A DNA stretch of 31,753 nt from the NCBI GenBank assembly GCA_050253335.1, contig JBFWJG010000031.1:1-31753 (forward strand). The letters run 5' to 3'. The DNA is from Deferribacterales bacterium (GTDB lineage: Bacteria > Chrysiogenota > Deferribacteres > Deferribacterales > Geovibrionaceae). The notes under the pieces were generated by a model. That model did not search any database, was not told the origin of the DNA, and saw nothing but the letters and a program-made list of their open reading frames with translations. Below are positions 1 to 9,402 of this stretch, one piece after another (positions within the stretch are counted from its first letter, which is position 1; the number at the start of each line of letters is the position of its first letter). Position numbers and translations under genes: made by a program.

Positions 1-100
1 ACATTTTTCGGGTCACTATATATGATGATTTTAACCTTATGTGATTTACGTGTATTGTGTTTTCGAGAAAAATCAATATGATTATTCCCGAAGGCGGGCT

Positions 101-1471
101 ATGAAAAGCTTTAGGTTGATTGCGGATATCTCCGAAAAACCGCTTTTTCTGCTTGACGGTGAGGGAACTGTTCTGGGTTTCAACAGAAAGGCTTCCGAGC
201 TGTATTCATTGTGTGCGGAAAACGCGGGCGAAGTAAAGATTTGTTCACTCTGCCGTAATTCAGACAGACAGTGTTCTTTTTCTAATCTTTTCTCCGGCGG
301 ATACAGACAGAAAATAACTCACGGAGCTGTGCACAGCCTTGCGGAGAACAACTCCGTGAGGGTGATTCTCGAACTGCACCCTTTTGTTCAGGAGGAAGAG
401 GACGGCGATGTGAAAATCATCTGCACCGTCCGTCCTGCCGAAGATGAGCCTGACCGCAGGGATGAGGGCAAGCTTCCCTTCCTTTTCAACAGCCTTTCCT
501 CAATGGTTTATGTTATCGATCCCGATGATTTCTCACTGCTTTATATGAACGGCCACGCACTGAATGTACTTAATGTGAAAGGAAACTGGCGGGGTGAGAA
601 ATGCTGGAAAATAATTCACGGTTTTGATGAAAAATGCAGACACTGCTCCCTGACCGCAGGCGCACCGGCGGACGGAACAGCCGAGGAGATTTTCAACAGC
701 CGCAGCAGAAGATGGTATCTGGAAACCGGACGTCAGATTTCATGGGATAACGGCAGAGATGTAAGGCTTGTTATTTCCCACGACATAGATGAAAGAAAAA
801 AGCTGGAACTGCTCCGTGAGGATGTGGAGCGGATAATGCGGCATGACCTCAAAACCCCGCTCAATTCCATTTGCCTTCTGGGGCAGACCCTTGAATTCTC
901 CGCGGAATCCGAGGACAGCCGTTTTCTGGCCTCCAAAATCATAGAGGCATGTTTTCAGCTTAATGCGATGATAAACCTCTCGCAGATTCTTTACCGTCTG
1001 GAGAAGGGTGACTACAGGGTCGTTAAGAAGAAGGTTCTTCTAAACGATCTGCTCGGGCGGATCTGCTCTCATCTGGAAGGGCTCGCCGCGTCATATCAGG
1101 TGCACATGGAGCAGAGTTTTCCCGCTGAGTGTGCGGGCGGTTTCTTCGTGAGCGCTGATGATCTTCTTCTTTACTCCTGCCTGTCCAACCTTGTGAAAAA
1201 CGCTGTTGAGGCTTCCCCTGAGGGCGGAACCGTGCTGATCGAATGCGGAACGGCTGACGGACTGGACACTATAGCGGTAACCAACAGAGGAGATGTGCCG
1301 TATGATATCGTCGGCAGTTTTTTTGACAAGTATGTTACGAAAGGAAAGGCTGGGGGGACAGGGCTGGGCACTTATTCCGCGAAGCTTCTGGCGGAGGCGC
1401 ACGGCGGCAGTATATCACTGGAAACGGGCAGAGGATTTACATGTGTCAGGGTCAGTCTGCCTCAGAGCTGA
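101..1471 (+). CDS. PAS-domain sensor histidine kinase
   Basis: H-box RHDLKTPL, N-box NLVKNAVEA, G-box GTGLG; PAS-like N-terminal regions including CWKIIHGFDEKCRHC. ATG at 101 preferred over GTG at 41. Confidence 0.9.
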   Translation: MKSFRLIADISEKPLFLLDGEGTVLGFNRKASELYSLCAENAGEVKICSLCRNSDRQCSFSNLFSGGYRQKITHGAVHSLAENNSVRVILELHPFVQEEEDGDVKIICTVRPAEDEPDRRDEGKLPFLFNSLSSMVYVIDPDDFSLLYMNGHALNVLNVKGNWRGEKCWKIIHGFDEKCRHCSLTAGAPADGTAEEIFNSRSRRWYLETGRQISWDNGRDVRLVISHDIDERKKLELLREDVERIMRHDLKTPLNSICLLGQTLEFSAESEDSRFLASKIIEACFQLNAMINLSQILYRLEKGDYRVVKKKVLLNDLLGRICSHLEGLAASYQVHMEQSFPAECAGGFFVSADDLLLYSCLSNLVKNAVEASPEGGTVLIECGTADGLDTIAVTNRGDVPYDIVGSFFDKYVTKGKAGGTGLGTYSAKLLAEAHGGSISLETGRGFTCVRVSLPQS

Positions 1472-2040
1472 ACCTTGTTCTGTATGAACCATATCAGCCC
1501 GAAGAGAAGCCCCGGGGTTTTCGGTTTTGACTCATCAAGCATAAAAGAATGTATTTCGTTGAACGGCAGCCTGATTACCTCAAGCTTTTCCGTGCCGACA
1601 CCGCCGCCTGAGCCTGTCCTTTGTGAATCATCAATTTCGGCATAATAAAGCGTCTGTCTGCTTCCGGCGAAGCTTACTGCTGTGAAGAAGGATGTGACTC
1701 TCTCTATATCCTCCGTCCGCACAGAATAGCCGGTCTCCTCCAGAATCTCCTCCCGCATTGTCTCTTCGGGGGAAATGGCTTTATCCGTAATTCCCGCGCA
1801 CAGTTCATAGGTTATGCCTGTTTTCTCCCGCAGGAAGACCGGAGGCCTGAACTGGCGGACAAGAATAAGCTCCCGCCTCTTCATATCGGCAAGAACAGCA
1901 GCCACGCTGTCGTGCACTTTTATGAAGTCCCAGTTTTTGGGGGTGCCTTTCTGTGTGTAGCTCATCCTGTGGAGGCTGATGTAGGCGGATTCTGTGCAGT
2001 CGGTTATTGTGATTCCTTCCGGAAAAAGATCTTCCTTCAA
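1462..2040 (-). CDS. Nudix hydrolase (nucleoside-diphosphate-sugar pyrophosphatase, NudK/NudF-like)
   Basis: Nudix box AGITD...REEILEETGY and the LVRQFRPP motif. Confidence 0.88.
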   Translation of the reverse strand: MKEDLFPEGITITDCTESAYISLHRMSYTQKGTPKNWDFIKVHDSVAAVLADMKRRELILVRQFRPPVFLREKTGITYELCAGITDKAISPEETMREEILEETGYSVRTEDIERVTSFFTAVSFAGSRQTLYYAEIDDSQRTGSGGGVGTEKLEVIRLPFNEIHSFMLDESKPKTPGLLFGLIWFIQNKVQL

Positions 2041-2062
2041 GGGCTGATTCTCCTTCTGTTCT

Positions 2063-2422
2063 TCAGGTGAACGCCGCTTCGAGACTTTTCATAAGCTCTT
2101 TGGTGTCTATGGGCTTGTAGAGTATGGTCACACCTGCGTCGCTGAGCTGTTTTGCTTCATCTCTGTAGGCAGTGGTGACAATTATGGGGGTGGCGGTGTT
2201 CTGCTCCCTGATTTTTCTTATCAGCTCGAAACCGCTCATAACCGGCATCGAAAGGTCAGTGACAACCGCATCAACCTTGTTCTCCTGAAAAAGTGAGAAT
2301 GCGTCCCTGCCGTTGCTGGCAATAAGCGTGTCCGGGTATTTCTTGCTGATGAACTTGCCCAGAATCTTCTGTATAATTATGTCGTCTTCGGCGTAAAGAA
2401 TTGTCTTATTATCCATCTGCAA
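2063..2422 (-). CDS. Single-domain response regulator (receiver)
   Basis: AEDD, TDLSMP, TTA and KP receiver motifs; overlaps the upstream kinase gene. Confidence 0.92.
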   Translation of the reverse strand: MQMDNKTILYAEDDIIIQKILGKFISKKYPDTLIASNGRDAFSLFQENKVDAVVTDLSMPVMSGFELIRKIREQNTATPIIVTTAYRDEAKQLSDAGVTILYKPIDTKELMKSLEAAFT

Positions 2423-4634
2423 TATCCTGACTCAATGTAATCTCCACTTCAGCTCCGCCCTCTTCGCTGTTGCGGATGCTTATGCTGCCTCCCATATGCT
2501 TTTCTATAAGAAGCTTGGTAACATACAGGCCTATGCCCGTTCCTCTGCCCTGAGGTTTGGTAGTATAATACGGATCGAAAACTTTTGACAATGTTTCGTT
2601 TGCAATTCCCGTTCCGTTATCTTTTACCCTGAGGCGGATGATACCATTATAGCAGGATAATTCTATGGTGATCATTCCTTTTAAACTTTTATCGGCCAGA
2701 CATTTTTCCTCAACAGCGTATATGGCGTTGCTGACAACGTTCATCAGCGCCTGACGGAACTCGCCCACATAGCCGAAGGCGGATATGTAGGCCGCGCTGC
2801 AGACGGGCATACTGTAGTCATTCATGCAGTTACGCTTCTCCCCGTCACAGTCGCAGGTGAAGGAAAGCCCGATATTTTTTGAGGCTATCTGCGCGCTGAT
2901 CATCCGCAGGAGATAAGCCGTCTCCTCCGCCACGTTGAACCTTCCCTGATTCTCCGCCGGAAGGAAGAATGAGCGGAAGTTGTCTATGGTGTCCGACATC
3001 TGGGCAATAAGCTGCATGGATACTGATTCAAACTCGCTTAAATCGCTTTCTGTCAGATCCTTGTCTCTGATTCTCTCCGCCGTGTCCTGAATGTAGATGC
3101 CCAGAGCGTTCAGGGGCTGGCGCCACTGGTGGGCTATGGCGTTTATCATCTGGCCCATGTCGGAAAACTTTTTCTGGAGTTCCAGATGTTTTTCCGTTTT
3201 CTGCCTTTTTTCTATCTCTTCCTCAACCTTCGCCGCAAGGTGGCGGTTCATGTCCTCAAGCTCCGCATAGGCTTTCTGAAGGTTGATCTTCAGGGCGTTT
3301 TCCTCGGTTACATCACGGCAGAAGACAATGTTCAGTCTGTGGGCGGTGAGTGAGGCTCCTTCCGCATGAACCTGAATGCGTCTTCCGTCCGCGGTTCTGA
3401 ATGTGTACATTCCGCTGAGTCTGCCTGTCTCGCCGAGAGCGGTTCTCACATTGTTCTGGGTTTCCGCTGTTTCGTAGTGAAAAAGGGAGATGAAGTTCAT
3501 CAGCATCATCTCCGAATCGGTGTATCCGGTGAGCTTTTCAGCGGCTCTGTTGGTTTCAAGCAGGTTAAGGTTTGAATCAGTCACAAAAACAGCCAGAGGC
3601 GCATTGACGATATAGCCCCTGCACTGAGCCTCTTTGCGCTCAAGCTCTTTTATTGTTCTGGCGTATTTCTTTTCAAGTCCGCCTATCATTTCCATGAAGC
3701 CTTTTCTTATTATGAAGAGGATAAGGATAACGATCAGCACTGTGGCAGCAGCGCTTTTATAAAGGTATGAGCGCACCCATTTTGTTTCCTCTGTCACATC
3801 AAGGGCGAAAACAAGCACTCCTGCGTTTTCACCGCTGAATTCTGTTATGGGTATGTCGCTTATGATAAAGTATGTTTTGTCCTCAATTCTGAGAATGTCG
3901 GGGAAACTGCCTTCCTTCACTTCCGCGTATATCTTTTTGAAAAGTTCCGGTGAGTTGCTGAAAATCTCATATCTGTTGAAGGATACCTTGTTTTCAAGCT
4001 TCAGTTTGTAGTGCTGTGAACTCTGCATGTTGATAAGAATGCTCGCCGCGTATGATGTGAGGCTTGAGAGCCTTCTGGATATGAAGCTGACATCAATCCC
4101 TGTCTCAAAAGTGCCTATAAGCTCCCCGTTTCTGTAAACAGGGGTCATAACCCTGAGGGGAAGCCCGTACCGACCTATTTCGAAACCTGCCTGCTCCTGT
4201 CCTGTCTCAAGGGTTTTTCTCAGCATGGGCCTCACGTCATAAAGAGCGTCATTAAACTGATCGGGCTGATGGGCTCTGTAGAAGGATGTGCCGTCCGTGA
4301 GCTGAAACTGCATGATTACATCGACATTTCCGAAGTCCCCTTTAAGCTGCCTGAAATAAGGGGCGAGAAGAGCCGCTGTTTTTTCCCTGTTTCGCTCATA
4401 GAAAGCTTCGGTTATCTCTTTGTTGGCGAGGATGTTTGAGTTGGTGTTGCTGAGCATATCGGTGAAGCGTGTGGGGAGTTCTTCCGCCAGACCGTGGAGG
4501 CGGGTCTTGTCTCTTTCCGTCATCAGATCAAAGGCATGCTGATTTCTCACGAGGGAAGACCCTATGAAATAGGCGCAGAGAACGAGGATCAAAAAAGTAA
4601 CGAACATGGATACTTTTTTTGAAACTGGCAGCAT
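2409..4634 (-). CDS. Membrane sensor histidine kinase (Cache-like periplasmic domain + PAS)
   Basis: Two hydrophobic segments, periplasmic Cache-like region, PAS, AIAHQWRQPLN H-box, DNGTG and GTGIGL G-boxes. Confidence 0.92.
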   Translation of the reverse strand: MLPVSKKVSMFVTFLILVLCAYFIGSSLVRNQHAFDLMTERDKTRLHGLAEELPTRFTDMLSNTNSNILANKEITEAFYERNREKTAALLAPYFRQLKGDFGNVDVIMQFQLTDGTSFYRAHQPDQFNDALYDVRPMLRKTLETGQEQAGFEIGRYGLPLRVMTPVYRNGELIGTFETGIDVSFISRRLSSLTSYAASILINMQSSQHYKLKLENKVSFNRYEIFSNSPELFKKIYAEVKEGSFPDILRIEDKTYFIISDIPITEFSGENAGVLVFALDVTEETKWVRSYLYKSAAATVLIVILILFIIRKGFMEMIGGLEKKYARTIKELERKEAQCRGYIVNAPLAVFVTDSNLNLLETNRAAEKLTGYTDSEMMLMNFISLFHYETAETQNNVRTALGETGRLSGMYTFRTADGRRIQVHAEGASLTAHRLNIVFCRDVTEENALKINLQKAYAELEDMNRHLAAKVEEEIEKRQKTEKHLELQKKFSDMGQMINAIAHQWRQPLNALGIYIQDTAERIRDKDLTESDLSEFESVSMQLIAQMSDTIDNFRSFFLPAENQGRFNVAEETAYLLRMISAQIASKNIGLSFTCDCDGEKRNCMNDYSMPVCSAAYISAFGYVGEFRQALMNVVSNAIYAVEEKCLADKSLKGMITIELSCYNGIIRLRVKDNGTGIANETLSKVFDPYYTTKPQGRGTGIGLYVTKLLIEKHMGGSISIRNSEEGGAEVEITLSQDIADG

Positions 4635-4735
4635 ACAGGCTCCGTTAAGTCAAAGTTAAGATAAACGTATTATAACCGATATTTCGATGATTTACATGAT
4701 AATATATCCGGGGGTAAAAGCGGACTGCTCCTCCT

Positions 4736-5995
4736 TTACCTGACAATGTCTTTCAGCTGCCTCCATTTCTTAACCGAAAGCCTCTTGTATCGGGGATCAT
4801 CATCGGTCATCCTTTTGTATTCCTCATCGTTTATGAAGCGGCCGTTTGTGACTTTAAAATCCTTGCCGTTGTGGAAGCTTTCGATCTCCAGCCCGTCTTT
4901 TTTAAGGTCGAAGATCCGCTCCTCTTCTGTTTCGCGCATGAGGCGTTTATTGTTTTTGTGGCAGCTTTCGCACATCACAGCCTCCCGCCGCACTGTGTGC
5001 GGGAAAAGCGCCTTGTAATTATTCGCCAGCATTTCGTTCTCTTTCCCCTTGGAACCCTCGCCGACAACATAGGTGAAGAAGGCGATGAATTGAGGCCGCA
5101 CGGGCGAGTATTTCCCCCGTGAGTTTACGCCGAGGGGAGGCGGGGTGTAGTCTTTGGTGTGGCTGCTTTTGGCGTATTCGTTATTGGGTGTTTTCACCCA
5201 GCGGAAGTAGTCGTCATACTCGGTGTTTTTAAAGCGGATCCAGAATGTGCCGTATTCCTGTGGCGCCCATGCGGAGTGGCAGGCGTAGCATTCCATCTTT
5301 TCCATATGCTCAGGAATTGAGTGCTCAATTGACGAACTTTTACTGACCTTGTGGCAGTCGGTGCAGGTTTTGGAGAAAGGCTTTCCTTCCGCCAGACTCT
5401 TCATGGAGTGGCATGCGGAGCACTGCATCCCTTTTTCATGGTGCACATCGGGGAGCATTTTTGCGTAGAGCTCGCCGTTGTGTTCAATGCCTCTGCCGTA
5501 GCGTTCGTGGTCGTCCCGCACACCGAGTCCAGTGTATTCGATTCCGGTGTAGTATCCGCTGTGGCATGTGGTGCATGCATCGGTTTTCGGTTTAACGGTC
5601 TCGTGGATGCTTTTGCCCTTGTGGCAGTCAGTGCAGGAGTTCACATGACAGGATGAGCAGTTCTTCGCGTAGAACGCGGGGTCTTTTTTGCCGTATGATT
5701 CATGGACAAATTTCTGCTCCGCCGTGCGTTTGTGCATGGGTGTTGTCAGCATCCCTTTGTAGTCCGAATGGCAGGTGAGACAGCCCTGCGCGCCCGTGCG
5801 GAACTCTGCCGCCTTTGCGTAGTGGGTGTCGTTTTTTATATGGCATGATGTGCACGAGGCATTCTTATGGGCGTCAGTAAGCTTAACCTTGTGGCAGTCC
5901 GTGCAGGTTTTGCCTTTGGTGTCTATCTGTCCGCCGTATGCCGCGCTAGTCAGCAAGAAGAGGCTTATGCACAGAATCGGAAAGAATTTTTTCAT
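4736..5995 (-). CDS. Decaheme cytochrome c, ExtN-like
   Basis: Signal peptide and 10 CXXCH motifs; directly downstream of and overlapping the ExtM-like gene. Confidence 0.85.
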   Translation of the reverse strand: MKKFFPILCISLFLLTSAAYGGQIDTKGKTCTDCHKVKLTDAHKNASCTSCHIKNDTHYAKAAEFRTGAQGCLTCHSDYKGMLTTPMHKRTAEQKFVHESYGKKDPAFYAKNCSSCHVNSCTDCHKGKSIHETVKPKTDACTTCHSGYYTGIEYTGLGVRDDHERYGRGIEHNGELYAKMLPDVHHEKGMQCSACHSMKSLAEGKPFSKTCTDCHKVSKSSSIEHSIPEHMEKMECYACHSAWAPQEYGTFWIRFKNTEYDDYFRWVKTPNNEYAKSSHTKDYTPPPLGVNSRGKYSPVRPQFIAFFTYVVGEGSKGKENEMLANNYKALFPHTVRREAVMCESCHKNNKRLMRETEEERIFDLKKDGLEIESFHNGKDFKVTNGRFINDEEYKRMTDDDPRYKRLSVKKWRQLKDIVR

Positions 5996-7802
5996 AGTCT
6001 ATCTTTTTCCCGTAGATTTTTTTATCGCCCTTGTCATGGCAGATGATACAGCGGTTGGCATCGAATATCCGGCTTATCTCCGCGGGGGTGAACACTCTGG
6101 AACGATCCCGCACCACATCAGAAGTAACGGAAACTTTACCGTTCTTCAGTGTATAGAGCGAATCCAGCGGCTTGTCACACTGGTCGCACATGTATGAGCT
6201 GTCTATATTCTTTTTGGTGATTGATACCAGCCCCTGCCCGAATCCGGCAAACATGAGGTCGGAATGGCACTTGCGGCAGGTTATGGCTTTTTTCCCTGTG
6301 TTATGTCCGTAGAAAGGGGCGAATTTGAACTTCTTTCCGCCCTTGTAGTTGAAAACGTGTTCTTTTATTATCACATTCTCTTTTTCGTCAAGCACGGTGA
6401 GGAAGGTCTGGCATCCGGGGGTGACGGGGGAGATTTTCCCGCGCTGGTTCAGCCCCATGGGGAAGGGGAAAAACGAGCGGAAGTCCTCCTTCTCGCTGAA
6501 GAGACCCTTGGTCTCCTCCATCTTCACCCAGTCCATCATGGTCTGGGATTTGTCGTAGGTGGTGTGGCAGCCGTAGCACTGGATTACGGTTTTGGAGTGA
6601 CAGGTGTAGCACTCCATGCGCTCATGCCCGTAGACTGCGTGGTCGGGGGTGTTGGTGACGGTTTTTATCTCAAGGCGCTTCCCTTCTCTCTTGGTGTAGA
6701 GGATGAATTTTCCGCCTTCCTTTTTTACGTTGGAGTACATGCGCCCCTTGGAGGTGAGCACCATCTCATCGCCGTAGTTCGCTTTTACTCTGTAATACTG
6801 CGACTCTCTCAGCGGAGAATCGCTTTCCTTGGTTATTTTCGCTGTTTTCGGCAGTGCTTCCGGTGTTCCGTGGCAGTCCTCGCAGGCGGTTTCAAGCTGT
6901 TCGAACATATTTTCATAAAGATAGCCGTCCCCCATCATGTCCCTTGAGGTGTGGCAGTCTATGCACTCCATGCCGAACTCCTTGTGAATGTCGGCCTGCA
7001 TGTGCTTTATGCTGCGTATGCCGTCCATGAGCTCAGGCCCGGGTATGCCGCCGTTTGTGGGAACTAGGGAGTTGTTGCCGTCGTACTCGCCTCTGTAGGA
7101 GAGGGCGATTCGCCCGCTTCGGTTATGGCAGGTGAGGCACACATCATCATTCGGCAGAGGGTTTATCACATGCTTTTCAGGGTAGGGCTTCTTTCCCAGA
7201 ATCGTTTTATCGCCCCCTGCGTAGGCTCCGTCAACGCTGTGGCTGAAATGGCAGGCGGCGCATCCTGAGGAGTGGTGGGCACGGTAGCCCACAAGCTTGT
7301 CAAACCCCACATGACAGCTTGAGCAGAACTTTCTGTACAGTTCGCCGGAAAGCTCCTCAAGCTCCGTCACTTTCGGCAGGGAGACCCTGTTCCCTTCCGC
7401 GTCAAAGCCTTCGGAACCGCCTGTGCTGTAGTGCTTTCCTTTGTAGTCGTCCCATGCCTGCTGGGCGTTTTTGATAATCCCAGTGTTGGTGTACATAAGG
7501 GTTGTGTTGACTCTGTCATGCTGATACTGGTGGCAGGTTCCGCACCCTTTGTCCCATACGGACGGATCGGACGGGTTCCGCCCTCCGAGCATGTCCTTAT
7601 GGGCAGCGTCTTTGTCCCTTGTGCCGGGGTTTCCCCCGTGGCATGAGGTACAGGCGAATTTATGGTTTTCGGAAGCATCTTCAATGCCTGCGTGACATTC
7701 GGCGGCAGTGCATGACTGCGCCTTTTCATCTGAGGCGGCAAAGGTGCCTGCGGAAAACATAAATACCGATAAGAAAAGGGTAAAAAATATCGCTCTAAAC
7801 AT
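5946..7802 (-). CDS. extM: Multiheme cytochrome c, ExtM-like (11 CXXCH + 1 CX4CH)
   Basis: Signal peptide, 11 CXXCH plus CTAAECH; synteny with rhodanese-porin-small protein as in the Geobacter ext cluster. Confidence 0.8.
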   Translation of the reverse strand: MFRAIFFTLFLSVFMFSAGTFAASDEKAQSCTAAECHAGIEDASENHKFACTSCHGGNPGTRDKDAAHKDMLGGRNPSDPSVWDKGCGTCHQYQHDRVNTTLMYTNTGIIKNAQQAWDDYKGKHYSTGGSEGFDAEGNRVSLPKVTELEELSGELYRKFCSSCHVGFDKLVGYRAHHSSGCAACHFSHSVDGAYAGGDKTILGKKPYPEKHVINPLPNDDVCLTCHNRSGRIALSYRGEYDGNNSLVPTNGGIPGPELMDGIRSIKHMQADIHKEFGMECIDCHTSRDMMGDGYLYENMFEQLETACEDCHGTPEALPKTAKITKESDSPLRESQYYRVKANYGDEMVLTSKGRMYSNVKKEGGKFILYTKREGKRLEIKTVTNTPDHAVYGHERMECYTCHSKTVIQCYGCHTTYDKSQTMMDWVKMEETKGLFSEKEDFRSFFPFPMGLNQRGKISPVTPGCQTFLTVLDEKENVIIKEHVFNYKGGKKFKFAPFYGHNTGKKAITCRKCHSDLMFAGFGQGLVSITKKNIDSSYMCDQCDKPLDSLYTLKNGKVSVTSDVVRDRSRVFTPAEISRIFDANRCIICHDKGDKKIYGKKIDYEKILSDSVHKPLLAD

Positions 7803-7844
7803 AAATCATCTTATACATTTCTTCTGCATTTTAAAAGATAAACG

Positions 7845-7880
7845 AAAAAAGGAAGGCAGGGCGGTCAACGCCGCCCCGCC
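7845..7880 (-). terminator. Intrinsic terminator between extJ and extM
   Basis: Minus strand GGCGGGGCGG-cgttga-CCGCCCTGCC-ttcc-TTTTTT. Confidence 0.65.
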
Positions 7881-7906
7881 AGGGTTTAACCTTAAAGAAC
7901 AGCCGG

Positions 7907-8125
7907 TTAGCAGCCCTGAAGCTGGAAACCGCCTTTGGGGGAACCGAGTGCTTCAACTTTTACATCGTCGCCTTTTTTGACATCGATGTCTTTGTCGAGT
8001 TTAATGGTGATTGTTGTTCCTTGTTTTTCAACAACTTTGCCTTTGGACTGTTTAACAGCCGCGAAAGCCGCTCCGGCTACAACAAGAGTAAGAGCAATTG
8101 CAATTACAGTAATTTTCTTTTTCAT
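7907..8125 (-). CDS. extJ: Small periplasmic protein, ExtJ-like
   Basis: Signal peptide (AFA), beta-rich small domain, C-terminal LQGC; located after the porin gene. Confidence 0.75.
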   Translation of the reverse strand: MKKKITVIAIALTLVVAGAAFAAVKQSKGKVVEKQGTTITIKLDKDIDVKKGDDVKVEALGSPKGGFQLQGC

Positions 8126-8143
8126 ATCAACTTCCTCCTCGGA

Positions 8144-9379
8144 TTAGAATCTTACCTGCAGGAACATTTCAAATGTGTCGAAGTCCTGCTTGTTGGTATC
8201 TGCTCCGACTTCTTTATCGAAATCGGTAATTGAATACTGGCCTACAATTTTGATGTCGTTGCCGGCGAGGTAGTAGTTAGCGCCGAAAGCGTAGAAATCA
8301 ACAGTGTTGTCAGTGTATCCGTTCAGTGTGGCATATTCGAAGCTGTCGTATCTGCCGAAGAACTGAAGTTTGCCGGGGCCGATGTTCATGGGGAGCATGT
8401 AGCCGGCTTTCACATAGTAGCCTTCTCTCTGGCCGTTTGCGCCGTTGAATGAGGAAGCGGCAACGTTGTCAGTGAGGGCTGAATCTGGGTCTGCGCCTTC
8501 ATCAAGATCATCGAGATCTATGTTGAGGTATGCGCCTGAGAGTGTGAAAGTACCTGCTGCTGAGGGCATTTCAGTGAAGAAATCCAGTGAGTAGGCGCTG
8601 TAGTCAACCGCGTCTGTCCTGTTTGTGACATCGCCGTAGGCTATGTCAGCTTCATACTGATATGCTCCGCCAACGGTGAGGATTTTTTTCTCGCCGAGGT
8701 ATGTGCCCTGATAGCCGTAGCCTTTTTCCTTGTCAAACATTGTGAAGTGCAGACGGCCGGTGTAGCGGAAGCCTGAATTGGGAACATAAGCTCCTTCATC
8801 GCCTTCTCCGCCGGATTCACGGCCTTCCATTACGTCAAGTCTGTACTGGATGTAGTCGTTGGCAAGGTTGCCCCATACAGCCACACCGTAGTCTCTGCTT
8901 GTTTTAAAGGGAGCAGAAACAAAGAGTGAGCGATCGAAGTTAAGGGGAGTGAAGCATCCTTCAAGGTTTTCCCTTGTGAGGTTGTGCTTGAACTTTCCGA
9001 GAGTGATGTTGAAAGCGTTGTTCTGAGCGTATCTTATCTGCGCGTCAAGAACATAGAACTTCTCGTCGTCTGTGAGCGAGTCTTTCACTCCGAGGGGGTT
9101 TACCGCTTTGTCATCAAGATATTCCGTCTGGAAGTAGAAGCTGAGCTTATCGTTGTAAGTGCCGATGAAGCCGATTCTGTTTCTTCTGAAGTTAAAGTCT
9201 GAAGTGTCGTCCTCGCCCTGCTCGCCTGAGCCGGTGTTTCTCATTGTGAGGCCGAACTGACCGTCATAGAAGAATTTAAGGTATTTGCCTTCCCCGAGAT
9301 CAATGGGTTTGAAGGCAAAAGCTGAACCTGCCATGAGCATAACAGCCATAAAAAATGTTAAAAACTTTATATTTCTCAT
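8144..9379 (-). CDS. extI: Outer-membrane porin, ExtI-like (OprO/OprP family)
   Basis: Signal peptide, FRRNR, GKFK and RDYG porin O/P-like motifs, C-terminal Phe (QVRF). Confidence 0.82.
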   Translation of the reverse strand: MRNIKFLTFFMAVMLMAGSAFAFKPIDLGEGKYLKFFYDGQFGLTMRNTGSGEQGEDDTSDFNFRRNRIGFIGTYNDKLSFYFQTEYLDDKAVNPLGVKDSLTDDEKFYVLDAQIRYAQNNAFNITLGKFKHNLTRENLEGCFTPLNFDRSLFVSAPFKTSRDYGVAVWGNLANDYIQYRLDVMEGRESGGEGDEGAYVPNSGFRYTGRLHFTMFDKEKGYGYQGTYLGEKKILTVGGAYQYEADIAYGDVTNRTDAVDYSAYSLDFFTEMPSAAGTFTLSGAYLNIDLDDLDEGADPDSALTDNVAASSFNGANGQREGYYVKAGYMLPMNIGPGKLQFFGRYDSFEYATLNGYTDNTVDFYAFGANYYLAGNDIKIVGQYSITDFDKEVGADTNKQDFDTFEMFLQVRF

Positions 9380-9402
9380 GTTTTATCTCCCTCTTGAATT
9401 AA

